DNA of 64,000 nucleotides, taken from assembly GCA_951406725.2 (NCBI GenBank), contig OX597834.1, positions 27,776,001 to 27,840,000 of the forward strand, written 5' to 3'. Positions within the stretch are counted from its first letter, which is position 1. Each line of letters opens with the position of its first letter. This DNA comes from Octopus vulgaris. Lineage: Eukaryota. Positions 27,621-42,164 of the stretch are shown here, piece after piece. The notes below the pieces were generated by a model. That model saw only the letters and a program-made list of their open reading frames with translations, was not told the DNA's origin and made no database searches. A program made the position numbers and the translations under genes.

Positions 27621-27790
27621 ATGTGTGTGTGTATGGGGCAGGAATATAATGTGCCAGATAGAAAGATAGACAGATATAGAGAGTTATATCTTTCTTTCAT
27701 GGACTTGTATCTCTCTGTCTCTCCAGTTTTACATTTATGTATCATCCTGCCTACGTATATATATATATATATATATAGGTAGGTAGATAA

Positions 27791-27915
27791 GTTTCTTTAT
27801 TGGCCACACAGGGATGCACACTGATGGGACAAGTTACAAGGTAGAGCTTTTCTTTTGGGGGAGAAAAAAAAGTTTGCGTAGGTTTTCGATCAAAAGGGAT
27901 CGCGTAAAAGGGAAA
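27791..27915 (-). mobile_element. Probable non-LTR retroelement 3' end
   Basis: Minus strand ends cttgtaacttgtcccatcagtgtgcatccctgtgtggccAATAAAgaaa after a T-rich UTR; similar to the SINE B tail. Confidence 0.5.
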
Positions 27916-28000
27916 AAAGAACAAAAAAAATGAAAAAAAGAAAAAAAGGAAAAGAACAAAAGAAGAAAAAAGGAAAAGAAAAAAAAGACAAAAGGGAAAA

Positions 28001-28098
<98 letters not shown>

Positions 28099-28125
28099 GT
28101 ACACACACACATATATATACATAAA

Positions 28126-28442
28126 AATCTAAATCGCATCTCATAACAACAATACGGCACAATTATTTCACCTCAATTGGACCTGCTCTCTTCATCATTA
28201 CACCAGGACACGTCAAAACAGAAAGTGACTACACAAAATTTAAGAAGTCTTTGGACAAATTCCTTCAAACAGTCCCGGACAAACCACCCACACCCGGATA
28301 TGCCTCCGCAAACAATAACTCTCTGCTCGAATGGGCCTTGGTGCCCAAATCCTGAATTGAAAGACTTCGCCTGGTGGTGCTCTTAAGTTAGACATGGCCT
28401 GGGCCAACACTGGCCAAAACCTTTCTAAGTTATTCTAAGTTA
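28126..28442 (+). mobile_element. CR1/L2-group LINE 3' end (second family)
   Basis: NYFTSIGPALF...FKKSLDKFLQTVPDKPPTPGY...NNNSLLEW then stop; tail (ttctaagtta)x2. Confidence 0.75.
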
Positions 28443-28457
28443 TATGCACACATACGC

Positions 28458-28568
<111 letters not shown>

Positions 28569-29288
28569 TACACACTTATATATACATTGACATATGTGAG
28601 TGTATGTATACATCTACGTGTGTGTGTGCGTGTGCATATACGTAAGCACATATATCATATATACATGTATTCATATATACATACATTCATACATATATTC
28701 TTACATACGCACGTAAATTTACAATTACATACAAACATACGTAGATGGCTAAATACATGTGTGAATGCATATATCTTGGTATGCGTTCGATAATTCTCTA
28801 TCAGTTATATCGAAATCTGTTTAACTGAGAAAAACAAAGAAATTTTTTTACTATGAAATTTGCGCTACCGAAAGAACTTCTTGGAAGCTCTCGGAAAGTT
28901 ATTTGAACGCTTATCGCTCAGAACTGTTCTCACGCCAGATTTGTGTAATTATGTAGAACTTTCTTAAGACATTTGTTACTCTGAAATTTTGCACACGTAA
29001 GTTTCCGCTCTATTATGCAGGCCGGAGCATATTTTTTTCTTTTGGAAATACTACGGTTTGTTGACCACTCCTCAGGAATCGAAACCTCTTGTTCTTCTCC
29101 CCACGAAGAGAACTTATGATAATCGCTACTTAAATCAAACACAAGCTTCAACTTATTTGTAATAACTGTACTAATTCACATAACACATGTTTGTCGCCAG
29201 TTTGTTTTTCTGGCTGATTTGATAGAGGGTAGGTATTATTTCCCTTTAGGGAGAGTAATCACATAACAGTGATAATATATGTAAATGG

Positions 29289-29669
29289 AAGCACTCCGTC
29301 GGTTACGACGACGAGGGTTCCGGTTGATCCGAATCAACGGAACAGCCTGCTCGTGAAATTAACGTGTAAGTGGCTGAGCACTCCACAGACACGTGTACCC
29401 TTAACGTAGTTCTCGGGGATATTCAGCGTGACACAGAGAGTGACAAGGCCGGCCCTTTGAAATACAGGTACAACAAAAACAGGAAGTAAGAGTGAAAGAA
29501 AGTTGTGGTGAAAGAGTACAGCAGGGATCACCACCATCCCCTGCCGGAGCCTCGTGGAGCTTTAGGTGTTTTCACTCAATAAACATTCACAACGCCCGGT
29601 CTGGGAATCGAAACCGCGATCCTATGACCGCGAGTCCGCTGCCCTAACCACTGGGCCATTGCGCCTCCA
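29289..29669 (-). mobile_element. tRNA-derived SINE, head D + tail T1, full length
   Basis: Head matches 8124-8310; tail matches 42303-42480. Confidence 0.9.
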
Positions 29670-30224
29670 CACATGTGTAAATATGTGTCTGTACGTTAGT
29701 AATATTTGTTGGAAACAACGAATGTGAAAAAGAAATTTATAGTAATGTTGTCTTAAACATTAATTGATTATTTTTATGAAATATCTTTGCCACAATTGTC
29801 CACGCAAAGTTTTAAATAAGTTTCAGTCATTTACGATAAAGAATACTTTTATGAGACTTCTTTAAATTTCACAACTGCTGTATCACAACAAGTATTTAAG
29901 TGAAAAATTCTCTTGTTAGCTTACAATGGCTTTAGTAAATTTGTCACTCTTTTTATTAACCTTTTATCATGTCCTCGTCTTTATAATTTCCTTTCGTCAC
30001 AGAGTGTTTGAGAGTGAAATATTCGTGGTCATATATTTCCGGGGCGTGCGAAGAAAAAAATAATCTTTAAGCAAAAGTAAAATACAGGCCATATTTTACT
30101 CTTCATCTAATGTACGAGTTTATTAAATATATTGAATAAATTCACTGCTTTTTCTGTTTTTTTCTTTTATTTCTCCAAATAGAAAAAAAAAAAACTAGAA
30201 AAATCTTCTTGCTCTAAAGAAAGA

Positions 30225-30267
30225 GTGTGACAGACGGACAGAGAATCAGAGCTATTATAATATAGAT
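30225..30267 (-). mobile_element. Possible Helitron-type 5' terminus
   Basis: Minus strand a-TCTATATTATAATAG...ctgtccgtctgtcac resembles non-autonomous Helitron 5' ends; no 3' end located. Confidence 0.3.
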
Positions 30268-30538
30268 TTCAGCAGGAGTGTTGAATAACAAGGATGTTGT
30301 AACTTTTCTCCAGGTGAATCTGGAATTTAGAGAGCAAATCTGGAATTTAGAGAGTTGAATTCCAGCCGAGGCCAGCTTTACCTCTCATCCATCCAGGGGC
30401 TATTGAATAAATATCAGTACTGAGATTCATCGACTTGTCTTCTCCCCTCTAAATTATTGACCTTGTTCTTTAACCAAAACCCTACGCACGTTTGATAGTG
30501 TAAGAAGTAGAAATATTTTTAGAGACTATATCATTTTT

Positions 30539-30772
30539 AGTTGCCATCCGCAGGAAAAAACAATAGCTAAGTTAGTGAAAAAATATTTGATACACGTAGA
30601 AATAAAAAGCTAACCGCCTAAAATAAGAATAAAAATAATAAAATAGCAGCGATATAGTCGCCATCCGCAGGAAAAAACAATAGCTAAGTTAGTGAAAAAA
30701 TATTTGATACATGTGGAAATAAAAAGCTAACCGCCTAAAATAAGAATAAAAATAATAAAATAGCAGCGATAT
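30539..30772. repeat. Tandem duplication with a 117-bp period
   Basis: gccatccgcaggaaaaaacaatagc...atagcagcgatat twice with few mismatches. Confidence 0.95.
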
Positions 30773-31665
30773 TGTTAGGATTGGAACCCAGAATATTTCA
30801 GTTATAAATCCGTGACCCTATCGTACTTGGACAGACAGAGCAACATATTTTCTGGCGTATATACAACAAAAAACATTGTTCTGCTTATTTATATTTTTAT
30901 TCCTATTTTTTTATTGTCATTTTCATACCTCACAGCACCTGATTAAAGCCGAAACATGGATTCTTCAGAAAATGGTGGGGTGGTGGTTACAGTGACATAT
31001 TCGGTTCGCAATCTCTTTTAATAATGGTTAATGGTGCTGGCTAGACAATATTGATCTTGATGAGGGTTCAATAACTTCTATTAGAAGTATTATTAAGCAA
31101 AAGCAAAAAAGAGGGATCGCCCCCGCCCCTGTTTATATTTAGGGTTTGTGCACAAGTGTTTGTGATCACTTTTGTGCGCTTTTTATGTGCGCATATCTGC
31201 GTCTTTCTTTTGTTTTCGTCACGACTTACGTTTGATGTATTGATGTTTGAAATATTGCCCCGACTCAAACATGGATACCTGCCTACCTGGGTATATTTTC
31301 ATAAAAATTTGTCAATTATTCATTAACGTTCGAAAAGTTGCGTTGTTAGAGAAGCGGCGATGGGTTGGGGCTAGTAAGGTCAGTTATTCAGGGGGAGACA
31401 CACACATACGTATACACAGACACATACATATGCACACACATACATATGCACACACATACATACACACATATATATATAAAGATATATATATATGTATATA
31501 CTTATTTATACGTATATACTTATATATATATATATATAGATAAATACACACACATTTATATATATATACATACATTCATATATATATATATATATGAGGG
31601 GGTAAAATACAATCTAATAATAATTGTGAATGAAAAAAAAACCCAATGGAATAAGTAAAGAAAAA

Positions 31666-31699
<34 letters not shown>

Positions 31700-31900
31700 A
31701 AACAGAATGTGGGTTCCTTGGGTTTGGAAGAATGATTCAGATAATCTGAAGAATTCGATAATATAAACGAAATGAACTTTTACGACAGAGTGGGTGGTTG
31801 CGAAGAAGAGTGAAGGAGAAGAAGGAAATTTCTGGAAGGAATTCCGGCACTGATCTTCTTTATTTAACAACACGAAAGATGAAAGAGAACATAAATGAAG

Positions 31901-31944
<44 letters not shown>

Positions 31945-31974
31945 AAAATAAAAGAAAACAAAACAAAAAACATT

Positions 31975-32024
31975 AGTAGTAGGAGGAGGGGGAGGAGGAG
32001 GAGGAGTAGCAGCAACAGCAGCAA

Positions 32025-32092
<68 letters not shown>

Positions 32093-32405
32093 AGACGAAG
32101 AGTAGGAGATGATGATGATGATGATGATGATGAAGATGATGAAAACGACGACATCGATGAGGAGGGGGAGGAACAGAAGGATGAGGAATAAGAAATAGAA
32201 CTACTGCTACTAGAAGAAGAAGAAGAAGAAGAAGAAGAAGAAGAAGAAGAAGAAGAACAACAACAACAACAACAACAACAACAATAACAACAACAACAAA
32301 AAGAAGAAGAAGAAGAAGAAGAAAAAGAAGAAGAAGAAGAAGACGAAGAAGAAGAAGAAGAAGAAGACGAAGAAGAAGAAGAAGAAGAAGAAGAAGAAGA
32401 AGAAG

Positions 32406-32452
<47 letters not shown>

Positions 32453-32608
32453 GAAGAAGAAGAAGAAGAAGAAGAAAAAGAAGAAGAAGAAGAAGAAGAA
32501 GAAGAAGAAGACGAAGAAGAAGAAGAAGACGAAGAAGAAGAAGAAGAAGAAGAAGAAGAAGAAGAAGAAGAAGAAGAAGAAGAAGAAGAAGAAGAAGAAG
32601 AAGAAGAA
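31975..32608. repeat. Compound (AGG)(AGC)(AGT)(GAT)(GAA)(CAA) microsatellite
   Basis: Direct reading; the (GAA)n(CAA)n block is duplicated. Confidence 0.97.
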
Positions 32609-33029
32609 ACATCGAACATTTAACGACGATACGATGACTACAGTTAAGCCAGGCGTCGACGACGGCAAGGTCCACTATCGTTGGGATTGACCACCACCAA
32701 CAACAACAAAAGCCTCAACCACAACTACCGACCCCATCACCATCTTCTCTACCATAATCAACTCAGCCATTGCAGACGACGACGACGACGCCGCCGCCGT
32801 CAGCGGTACACTCCGACTGATGCAAGTGATTGATGATTGAAGTTCTTATTGGTTTGTTTAACCTTGAGCTAGAAAAAAAAAACCGCCATATTTGTTTCAT
32901 TTCCGGGTTGTATTTGTTTGAAAAGCCGCTTATGATGCAACTGTTCACATTCTTAACGAAGGCCCCTCACGTCATACAAACATAAACATATACCTACATG
33001 TGTGTGCGTGCGCGCACATATATTTATAT

Positions 33030-33080
<51 letters not shown>

Positions 33081-33311
33081 GTATATGGCTCTGTCGTCCC
33101 AAATGAAGAGTCCTGATCAGAAAGACGAGGAGAAAACACGGCCATCTTCCCACCTTTCTACTAACCCTCCGCACCTCCTACTCCTGCTCATTCTTCACCT
33201 CCGCCTCCTCCTCCTCCTCTTCTTCTTCTTCTTCTGTATCTATTTATAAAAGACTTCTTGATGAGCTTGTCTTTATAGTTGACTCTATCACAATACCCCA
33301 TGTCGCATATT

Positions 33312-33423
<112 letters not shown>

Positions 33424-33437
33424 CATACATACATACA

Positions 33438-33473
<36 letters not shown>

Positions 33474-33749
33474 TATGTGTGTGTATATTCATGTATGTAT
33501 TTGGGCACCCTGCGGCGTTGTTGATCGTCTAACCATCAAAGAGATTGCATTGCTTGTGTACAATGATGGAGTTTATTGTTGTCACTGATGTTGTTTGTTA
33601 ACGTTGTTTTGTTTTATATTTTACTTTATTTTTATTTTTTTTATAGCTTTTAGCTTCTGTGTCACGATATATAAGCAACGCTTTGGCGAAAAGAACGCAT
33701 CAAATAAGTGTTACACCTTCGGCAAGGAAGGATTCTTTTGGAATCATCA

Positions 33750-33796
<47 letters not shown>

Positions 33797-34029
33797 GTTA
33801 TTATAGCGGTTCCACTGTCAGTCGGATCGGAATCCTTGTGTACCCTCGAGCCCGTAAAGAGGGTTACCCCGTTACGACAGAAGCGAAAATATCTCCTGAC
33901 GAACGTACTTGTGCGTCCAATTAAAAAATAAAAATAGAAAATAAATGATAAAGAAACAATTTTACAAAAATAGTAAAATAGAAAATGGGGGGGAAAAAAA
34001 GAAATAATCCACTCTGCTGATGAAATGCG

Positions 34030-34060
34030 AGTACGATGACAACGATGATGATGATGATGG

Positions 34061-34093
<33 letters not shown>

Positions 34094-34152
34094 CGACGAC
34101 GATGATGATGAAAAGGAGGAAAACGGCAAGGTTGATGATGATGGCGATGATA

Positions 34153-34183
<31 letters not shown>

Positions 34184-34372
34184 CGATGATGATGATGATA
34201 ATAATGATGATGATGATAATGATGATGATGATGATAATGATGATGATGATGATGATGATGATGATTATGATGATGATGATGATGATGATGAAAAGGAGGA
34301 AAAGCGGCAAGGTTGAAGATGATGGCGATGATGATGATGATGATGATGATGATGACGACGACGACGATGATG
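34030..34372. repeat. (GAT)n tract with a duplicated spacer gaaaaggaggaaaa.cggcaaggttga
   Basis: Direct reading. Confidence 0.95.
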
Positions 34373-34591
34373 ACAGTGGTAGTTGTGGTGGTGGCGGTGG
34401 TGTTGTAGGTGTTCGTAGTACTAGTGGCGGTAGTAGCGGCGGTAATGACGATGATTGCTAATTATTACAACGACGACAATTGACCACCATGACAATCATG
34501 GTGATGATGATGACAACGACCACTGCATCGACGACGATTACGTCTACGGCCGAAGACACGTTGATAACGACGGTGACCGCGACGATAAAAC

Positions 34592-34653
<62 letters not shown>

Positions 34654-34781
34654 GTAATGTCACCAACGATAACAGCAAGAATGGAGAATCTGTGTGTCTC
34701 TGCCTATGCTACATAACTATATATGTACGTACGTAGAAATGCATATACGTACGAAAGCATACACAGACACCCATATGTATA

Positions 34782-34890
<109 letters not shown>

Positions 34891-35052
34891 GTGTTTACAC
34901 TATAGATATCTGTAAGTCCATGTATTCATCTATGCATACAAGTATATCCACTTGCTTTTGATGCATCTACCTGTGTATGCGTATTTACGTATAGATGTTT
35001 ATATATATTTGCATATACATAAACATATACATCATATATATGTGTGTGTGTG

Positions 35053-35143
<91 letters not shown>

Positions 35144-35710
35144 TTGTGTGTGTATATATATATACACATATACACTCACACATACTTGCATATGCATATG
35201 CCTGTACCTATGTAAGAATGTATGTATGTATGTATGTATGTATGTATGTATGTATGTATGTATGTATGTATAGATATCCGTGTAGGTATGTGCGTATGTG
35301 CGTACGTGTCCTGCGGCCAATCGTAAGGTTTCTAAAATCGATTGTGAAAAGCCACCAAGACACGCTCTCCAATGACAAAAGCTCTTCAACTTAATGTATT
35401 CACATTGTAAGATACTTGTTTGATGTTGAGTTTCTAAAAAGCAACTCCAAAGCCGCACATACAATGGGCGAAACTGGTGTTTCTTAGTACTAAAACCCTT
35501 CGGTATTGGTCGCTTACACTATGAAACTATAGTTTATAAAACTGATTCCATGTTGATCGGATAAATGGTTAATACAGAGAAAACATATTGAAAGAGGTGG
35601 TGGTGGTGAGAGACCGGCCGTCGGTTTGTGGTAGCATGGATTAATGAGGTGGTTCGAGATGTTGCTTTTGTTGTTGTGGTGTAGGTGGAGAGGTGTGGTC
35701 ATTGTTGTGG

Positions 35711-35761
<51 letters not shown>

Positions 35762-35814
35762 GTATGTATATTTACATATTAATATATGTATATATATACG
35801 TATATATATTTACA

Positions 35815-35852
<38 letters not shown>

Positions 35853-35998
35853 AATATGTATGTATATGTATATATGTGTGTATATACATATATATGAATA
35901 TATATACACTTACATATATGCATGTAATATCCCTCTATTTCTGCGTATCAATGTATAAGTGTATGTTTATATATGTTATTTTGTGAGTTCTCCATATG

Positions 35999-36030
<32 letters not shown>

Positions 36031-36295
36031 GTACATGCATATACACACATATATATACATATGTATATCTTTATATTTGTATGTATGTATGTATATATGT
36101 ATGTGCGTGTAATTTGTATTTTTTATTAAAAGCAAGCTTTCTATAAACATATGTATAAATTTACATGTGAGCACTGGAGCAGATAGAGGCAAAACAAGGT
36201 GGGAAGAATAGTACTCGACAACAAAAGGCCGAGTGAAGGTGAAACTCTGAGTAAACAATTTATACAGTTTTTTTTCCTTCACATATTTAAATGCA

Positions 36296-36393
<98 letters not shown>

Positions 36394-36419
36394 GGTGAGG
36401 GAGAGAGACACACACACAG

Positions 36420-37660
36420 GTTGTGTTCATTCCCACTCAGACAATTCTCGCCGATGCACAGAGCGAATCCCAGGTTGTCGTTGCTCATAACCTCAAAAAT
36501 TCTTCTATAGAAATGTAGTTTTCTCCCACCTACTGCAACGTCCAGCTGGTCGAGTGCTGTGAGAAGGGTCTTGTACCATTCTAAATGGCAAATGCCCAGT
36601 CTCCATACACACTTTTCTTGTGTATTGTTGCTAAATCAAGCAGGTGCTCGGTTGAAGGATGTGTCGTACCTGACCAGACCGGACCGCATGCTTTTCCGCT
36701 TCTTAAAGGGAAGAATGTTCCACTGGACAGGAATTTCTTCTGCTGCCAACTCCAAATCCCTGATGGTGTCTCGATATCATCCCTGATAATGTGCAGGTAC
36801 GAAGTGAAGCTATCAGTTTGCCCTCGCTTTTGTCGTTATCGTCTTTGTTGCAATGGTTTAGATATTTATTCATTTATGATAGCCTCACTTCGTACCTGCA
36901 CATTATCAGGGATGATATCGAGACACCATCAGGGATTTGGAGTTGGCAGCAGAAGAAATTCCTATCCAGTGGAACATTCTTCCCTTTAAGAAGCGGAAAA
37001 GCATGCGGTCCGGTCCGGTCTGTTCAGGTATATTTGAGAATGTGCGACGGTCAGGCCGTAGAACACCACCGAACTGATGAAAGCATTAACCAGTTTTGAC
37101 CGACCTTCAACGACAAATACCTCTCGGCTGATTTCTGAAGGATCTTAGCCACCCTTTATGCGACCTCTTCCCAGATCCTATTGACATGCAGGTCTTGTCC
37201 AAACCAGACTCCCAGTTCTGTCTCCAGGTCTTTGATCCAACGACTGCCAATGAACATGGACTCATGGACTTGCTTCACCGACTGACTAGTTGCCAACCCA
37301 CTTACTTTTTCCAGTTAACGTGTGCTCTTGTATCCACTTGATACCCTGTCAGTATAGTAGCAACAGCTTCTATATCGGACGCCTTCACGATGACAGTAAT
37401 GTTGTCCGCGTATACCGCCAGGACTTTTCCGAGACCCAGTTGCAGTGAGCTATCTCCAACTTCTGCAGCAAATTCTTCAGTGCCAAAGCATACATGAGAG
37501 GGGAGAGAGGAAACGGGATATTTTCCACCGACCGAGCGTTCGGTGCTGAAAGGTTCTGAGAAGTGACCGTTAAATTTAATCACTAAACAGAAGCAGTTGT
37601 ACATCTTGTTGATTGAGCCCCTAAAGACGACTAATTTGTAACGTGGGCACACAACCGAAA
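36420..37660 (-). pseudogene. Degenerate Tx1/L1-clade LINE ORF2 (RT and C-terminal region) containing an inverted duplication
   Basis: Peptides KFNGHFSEPFSTERSV, AVYADNITVIV, AHVNWKK, LGVWFGQDL, RYLSLK and RMLFRFL; frameshifts. Confidence 0.85.
36667..37030. repeat. Near-perfect inverted repeat, ~150-bp arms, 61-bp spacer
   Basis: 36667-36815 versus 36877-37030: about three substitutions and one 5-bp indel. Confidence 0.95.
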
Positions 37661-38024
37661 ATTTGAAAGGAGCAGTGGAGGAAATTAAAAAGCCTCCAGT
37701 ACATGACAGATACGTTATTTTTTATCGGCCTCCAGAATGGGAAATGGTGGCGTCATTTGGTCAGAAGCAGTACTGACCAACGCCAAGTCGTCATCACTAT
37801 CTGCAAGTGCCGGCAGAGTTGGCTGAGACATGCCGTAAGATTCTTAACGAATAGACCAGTCAAGAAAGTCCTTAAAAGTGGTCGTGTTATTGTTGTCCTC
37901 CTCCATTTTCACCTCTTCCTCTTCATCAACATCTTCATCACCTCCATATTTTCGATCACTATTATTCAATATTATACGCTTAGCATATATCACTATTATT
38001 CACTATTATACGCTTAACATAATT

Positions 38025-38322
38025 GCTAAAATTTTGCCGGGGTTGATAAAATAAAAAAAAATCATTCAATCATCCAAGTACAGGGGTCAATGAAGCCCAC
38101 TTGCCCTCTCCCCTCAAAACTCCTGACTTAGTGACTAAATTACAAAGGATTATTATTGCTAAATTGCTAAATTCTGCCGACATTGACTTTGGCTTACTTC
38201 ATTTCGGGGGTCGTCACGGGATCAATTAAATATAATACCAATCAAGTATTGGGGTCTTGCAATCGGCTGGCCCCTCCCCTCAAAATAACTGGCCTGTATC
38301 AAATTTAGAAACAATTATTATT
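38025..38322 (+). mobile_element. Two old family-B-related SINE relics with an alternative tail
   Basis: ggggt.gataaa / ggggtc...ccctcccctcaaaa...attattatt; similar relics near 11170-11340, 22000-22270, 23930-24060, 30350-30480 and 52288-52430. Confidence 0.55.
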
Positions 38323-38380
38323 ACTGTTAGCAGTAGTAATAGTTGTATAGCAGCAGCAGCAGCAGTAACAGCAGCAGCAA

Positions 38381-38432
<52 letters not shown>

Positions 38433-38906
38433 TGCTGTCGTTCAGCCCCGTGTCAGTCTCTGATTGAGCCGAAATATAAACCAAAGACGTTCCACATCCG
38501 ACCATTCTGTCTGACATAACATATCTACGAATTGCATTAGCCAATGTGTCCTTTCTTTAAGACAACCGAATGCGATTTGATGTGGTGGGTTTCACATCTA
38601 TTTCTAGCAAAATGAGCAACCACACAGAGATTCCCCGTTGGTTCATTGCTGGGTCCTGCCTCTTCTACTACTTGGTTTTTTTTATTGCCGTTTTCTTTTG
38701 TTCTTTTGTTTATTTATTTTGGGTTTTTTTTCTTCTATTCTTGCTGATGCAGACTTCAGCGTCAACCGGTTTTGTCGTTGCAATCCTTTAACTATGAAGA
38801 ACAACTTACAAGTTGACCTCTAAAAGATTTTTAAAAAAAAGGAAAACAAACATTCTCCGCGTCTTTGTTCTGTCATTGTTGATGCGATTTTTCACACCGG
38901 CAGCTG

Positions 38907-38919
38907 CATCATCATCACG

Positions 38920-38954
<35 letters not shown>

Positions 38955-39036
38955 ATTCAGTATCATCATCATCATCTTCATCATCATCATCAACATCATC
39001 ATCATCATCATCTTCAGTATCATCATCATCATCTTC

Positions 39037-39075
<39 letters not shown>

Positions 39076-39081
39076 TTCAGT

Positions 39082-39166
<85 letters not shown>

Positions 39167-39173
39167 CCATCAA

Positions 39174-39208
<35 letters not shown>

Positions 39209-39220
39209 ACATCGTCATCG

Positions 39221-39284
<64 letters not shown>

Positions 39285-39628
39285 TGTCATCATCATCATC
39301 AACACACTTCTGATCTCCTTCTTTCTCATTATCGTCATTATCATCATCATCATCATCATCATAGACATCATCTTCATTATAATCTTCATCATACCTGTCA
39401 CCACTACCACCGTCACTACCACCATTAGCATCGTCGTCGTCACCATCATCATTTTCGTCGTCGTCACTGATGCCGTTGTCATGATCAACGTCGTTGGAGT
39501 CGTTACCGTTACCATCATCATCATCATCATCATCATCACATTCGCCTTTGTCGCCGTTGTCGTCATAGACATCGTCATCATCTTTGTCTTAAACGCACTT
39601 CTGATCCTCATCGTCGTCGTCGTCGTTG

Positions 39629-39720
<92 letters not shown>

Positions 39721-39729
39721 GTCATCATC

Positions 39730-39760
<31 letters not shown>

Positions 39761-39772
39761 ACATTGTCATCG

Positions 39773-39808
<36 letters not shown>

Positions 39809-40040
39809 CCGTGCTTATCATCGTCCTTTTCGTTGTCCTATAAAAGATCCCAAAAATCTCCTCGCGTCGTGGTGGTCGCCGCCATCTTTCATCAGCAACA
39901 TGATCGTCACCACTAACACCATCGCCATTTTCATCCCCCCCCCCATCACAACCATCACCATCACCACCATCGCCATCACTCTCGTCACCACCATCACCAT
40001 CACCATCACCATCACCATCTCCATCATCATCACCGTTATC
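38907..40040. repeat. (ATC)n/(ACC)n microsatellite field
   Basis: Direct reading. Confidence 0.97.
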
Positions 40041-40286
40041 ATTCTCAACCAGTATTCTACTATAAGTGCTCTGGCCTCATTTGATTTTTTCATTCTTTCC
40101 CTTTTTTTCTTCTATATTTTTGTCATTTATTCACAGAGCTGCAGTCGGGCATTTTTCTTTTTTTCTTTTTTTCTTCTTTTTTCTTTTTTCTTTTTTCTTC
40201 TTTTTTTCTTTTTTCTTTTTTTCTTTTGTTTTTTTTTGACAGAGAAAGTCTAGCCACGTCTTTGGAATAAAGTATAATGCACGGAA

Positions 40287-40346
40287 CAATTATCGGCAAT
40301 TATCGGCAATTATCGGTGATTATCGGCGATTATCGGCGATTATCGG
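40287..40346. repeat. 10-bp tandem repeat YRATTATCGG x6
   Basis: caattatcgg x3, tgattatcgg, cgattatcgg x2. Confidence 0.95.
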
Positions 40347-40601
40347 AATTAATCGTTACTAGTTCTTCACCTGAACCTATATAGGAAACTGGTGTATCGC
40401 AGTGAAGAAATGTAGAATGGTGAGTAAGGGTGGTAGTGGTGGTGGTTGTGGTGGGGGTGAGGGGGGGTGAGATGTGGTATTATGGCAGTTTTGCATGGTT
40501 AGGTGGAGAAGGTGGATATGGAACGGATGGGAAAGGAGCAGAGATTGTTGCAGAGGATGAAAGTAGAGTAGATCGGTTTGGGACCTAGCTTGCACGCGCG
40601 C

Positions 40602-40702
<101 letters not shown>

Positions 40703-40705
40703 TGT

Positions 40706-40743
<38 letters not shown>

Positions 40744-40796
40744 TACAGAGAAAGAGACAGGCAGACAGAGTGACAGACAGACGGATTGACAGACAG

Positions 40797-40843
<47 letters not shown>

Positions 40844-41043
40844 AGAAGAAGCAGAAAAAGTAGAAGAAGAAGAAGAAGAAGAAGAAGAAGGAGGAGGAGG
40901 AGAAGGAGGAGGAGGAGAAGAAGAAGAAGAAGAAGAAGAAGAAGAAGAAGAAGACGTGGTAAAGATGTTGACGAAGAGGAGAAAGAATCGAAGGTGGGAG
41001 AGGGAAGAGTAAGACGAAGATGAAGAAGCACAACAGTAGCAAC

Positions 41044-41491
<448 letters not shown>

Positions 41492-41718
41492 AGGGTAAAT
41501 GTGGGGGAGAAGAAAAAAGAAAAAAAAATTGAGAGAGAGAGATAAACGAAAAGAAGCTCGGGGTCCCAATGTTAAAGAATAAACTGCAACAAAGCAATTT
41601 CTAAAAGCTTGTGTTGGCGTAGAGGTGGTTGTGGTGGCGGCTGCAGTTGTAGCGATGATGTGGTTGGTGCAATAAATGTAGTTCTTATGATGGTGATGAT
41701 GGCGGTGGTAGTTGCAGA

Positions 41719-42130
41719 GGCGAGCTGGCAGAATCGTTAGCACGCCAGGCGAAATGCGTAGCCGTATTTCGTCTGTCGTTACGTTCTGAGTTCAAATTCC
41801 GCCGAGGTCGACTTTGCCTTTCATCCTTTCGGGGACGATAAATTTAGTACCAGTTAAGCACTGGGGTCGATGTAATCGACTTAATACCTATGTCTGTCCT
41901 TGTTTGTCCCCTCTCTGTTTAGCCCCTTGTGGGTAATAAAGAAATAGGTATTTCGTCTGTCGTTACGTTGTGAGTTCAAATTCCGCTAGGTTGACTTTGC
42001 CTTTCATCCTTTCGGGGACGATAAATTTAGTACCAGTTACGCACTGGGGGTCGATGTAATCGACTTAATCCGTTTGTCTGTCCTTGTTTGTCCCCTCTAC
42101 GTTTAGCCCCTTGTGGGTAATAAAGAAATA
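41719..42130 (+). mobile_element. SINE family B head-to-tail partial dimer within one TSD
   Basis: Full unit to 41946, 5'-truncated unit 41947-42130; TSD ggtagttgcagagg at 41707-41720 and 42131-42144. Confidence 0.9.
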
Positions 42131-42164
42131 GGTAGTTGCAGAGGTGGTAGTGAGAGTGGTGTGA

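Noticed and set aside
33085-33250. Short ATG-initiated frame [17 protein letters not shown]
   Set aside because: About 50 codons running into microsatellite; no homology or splice support
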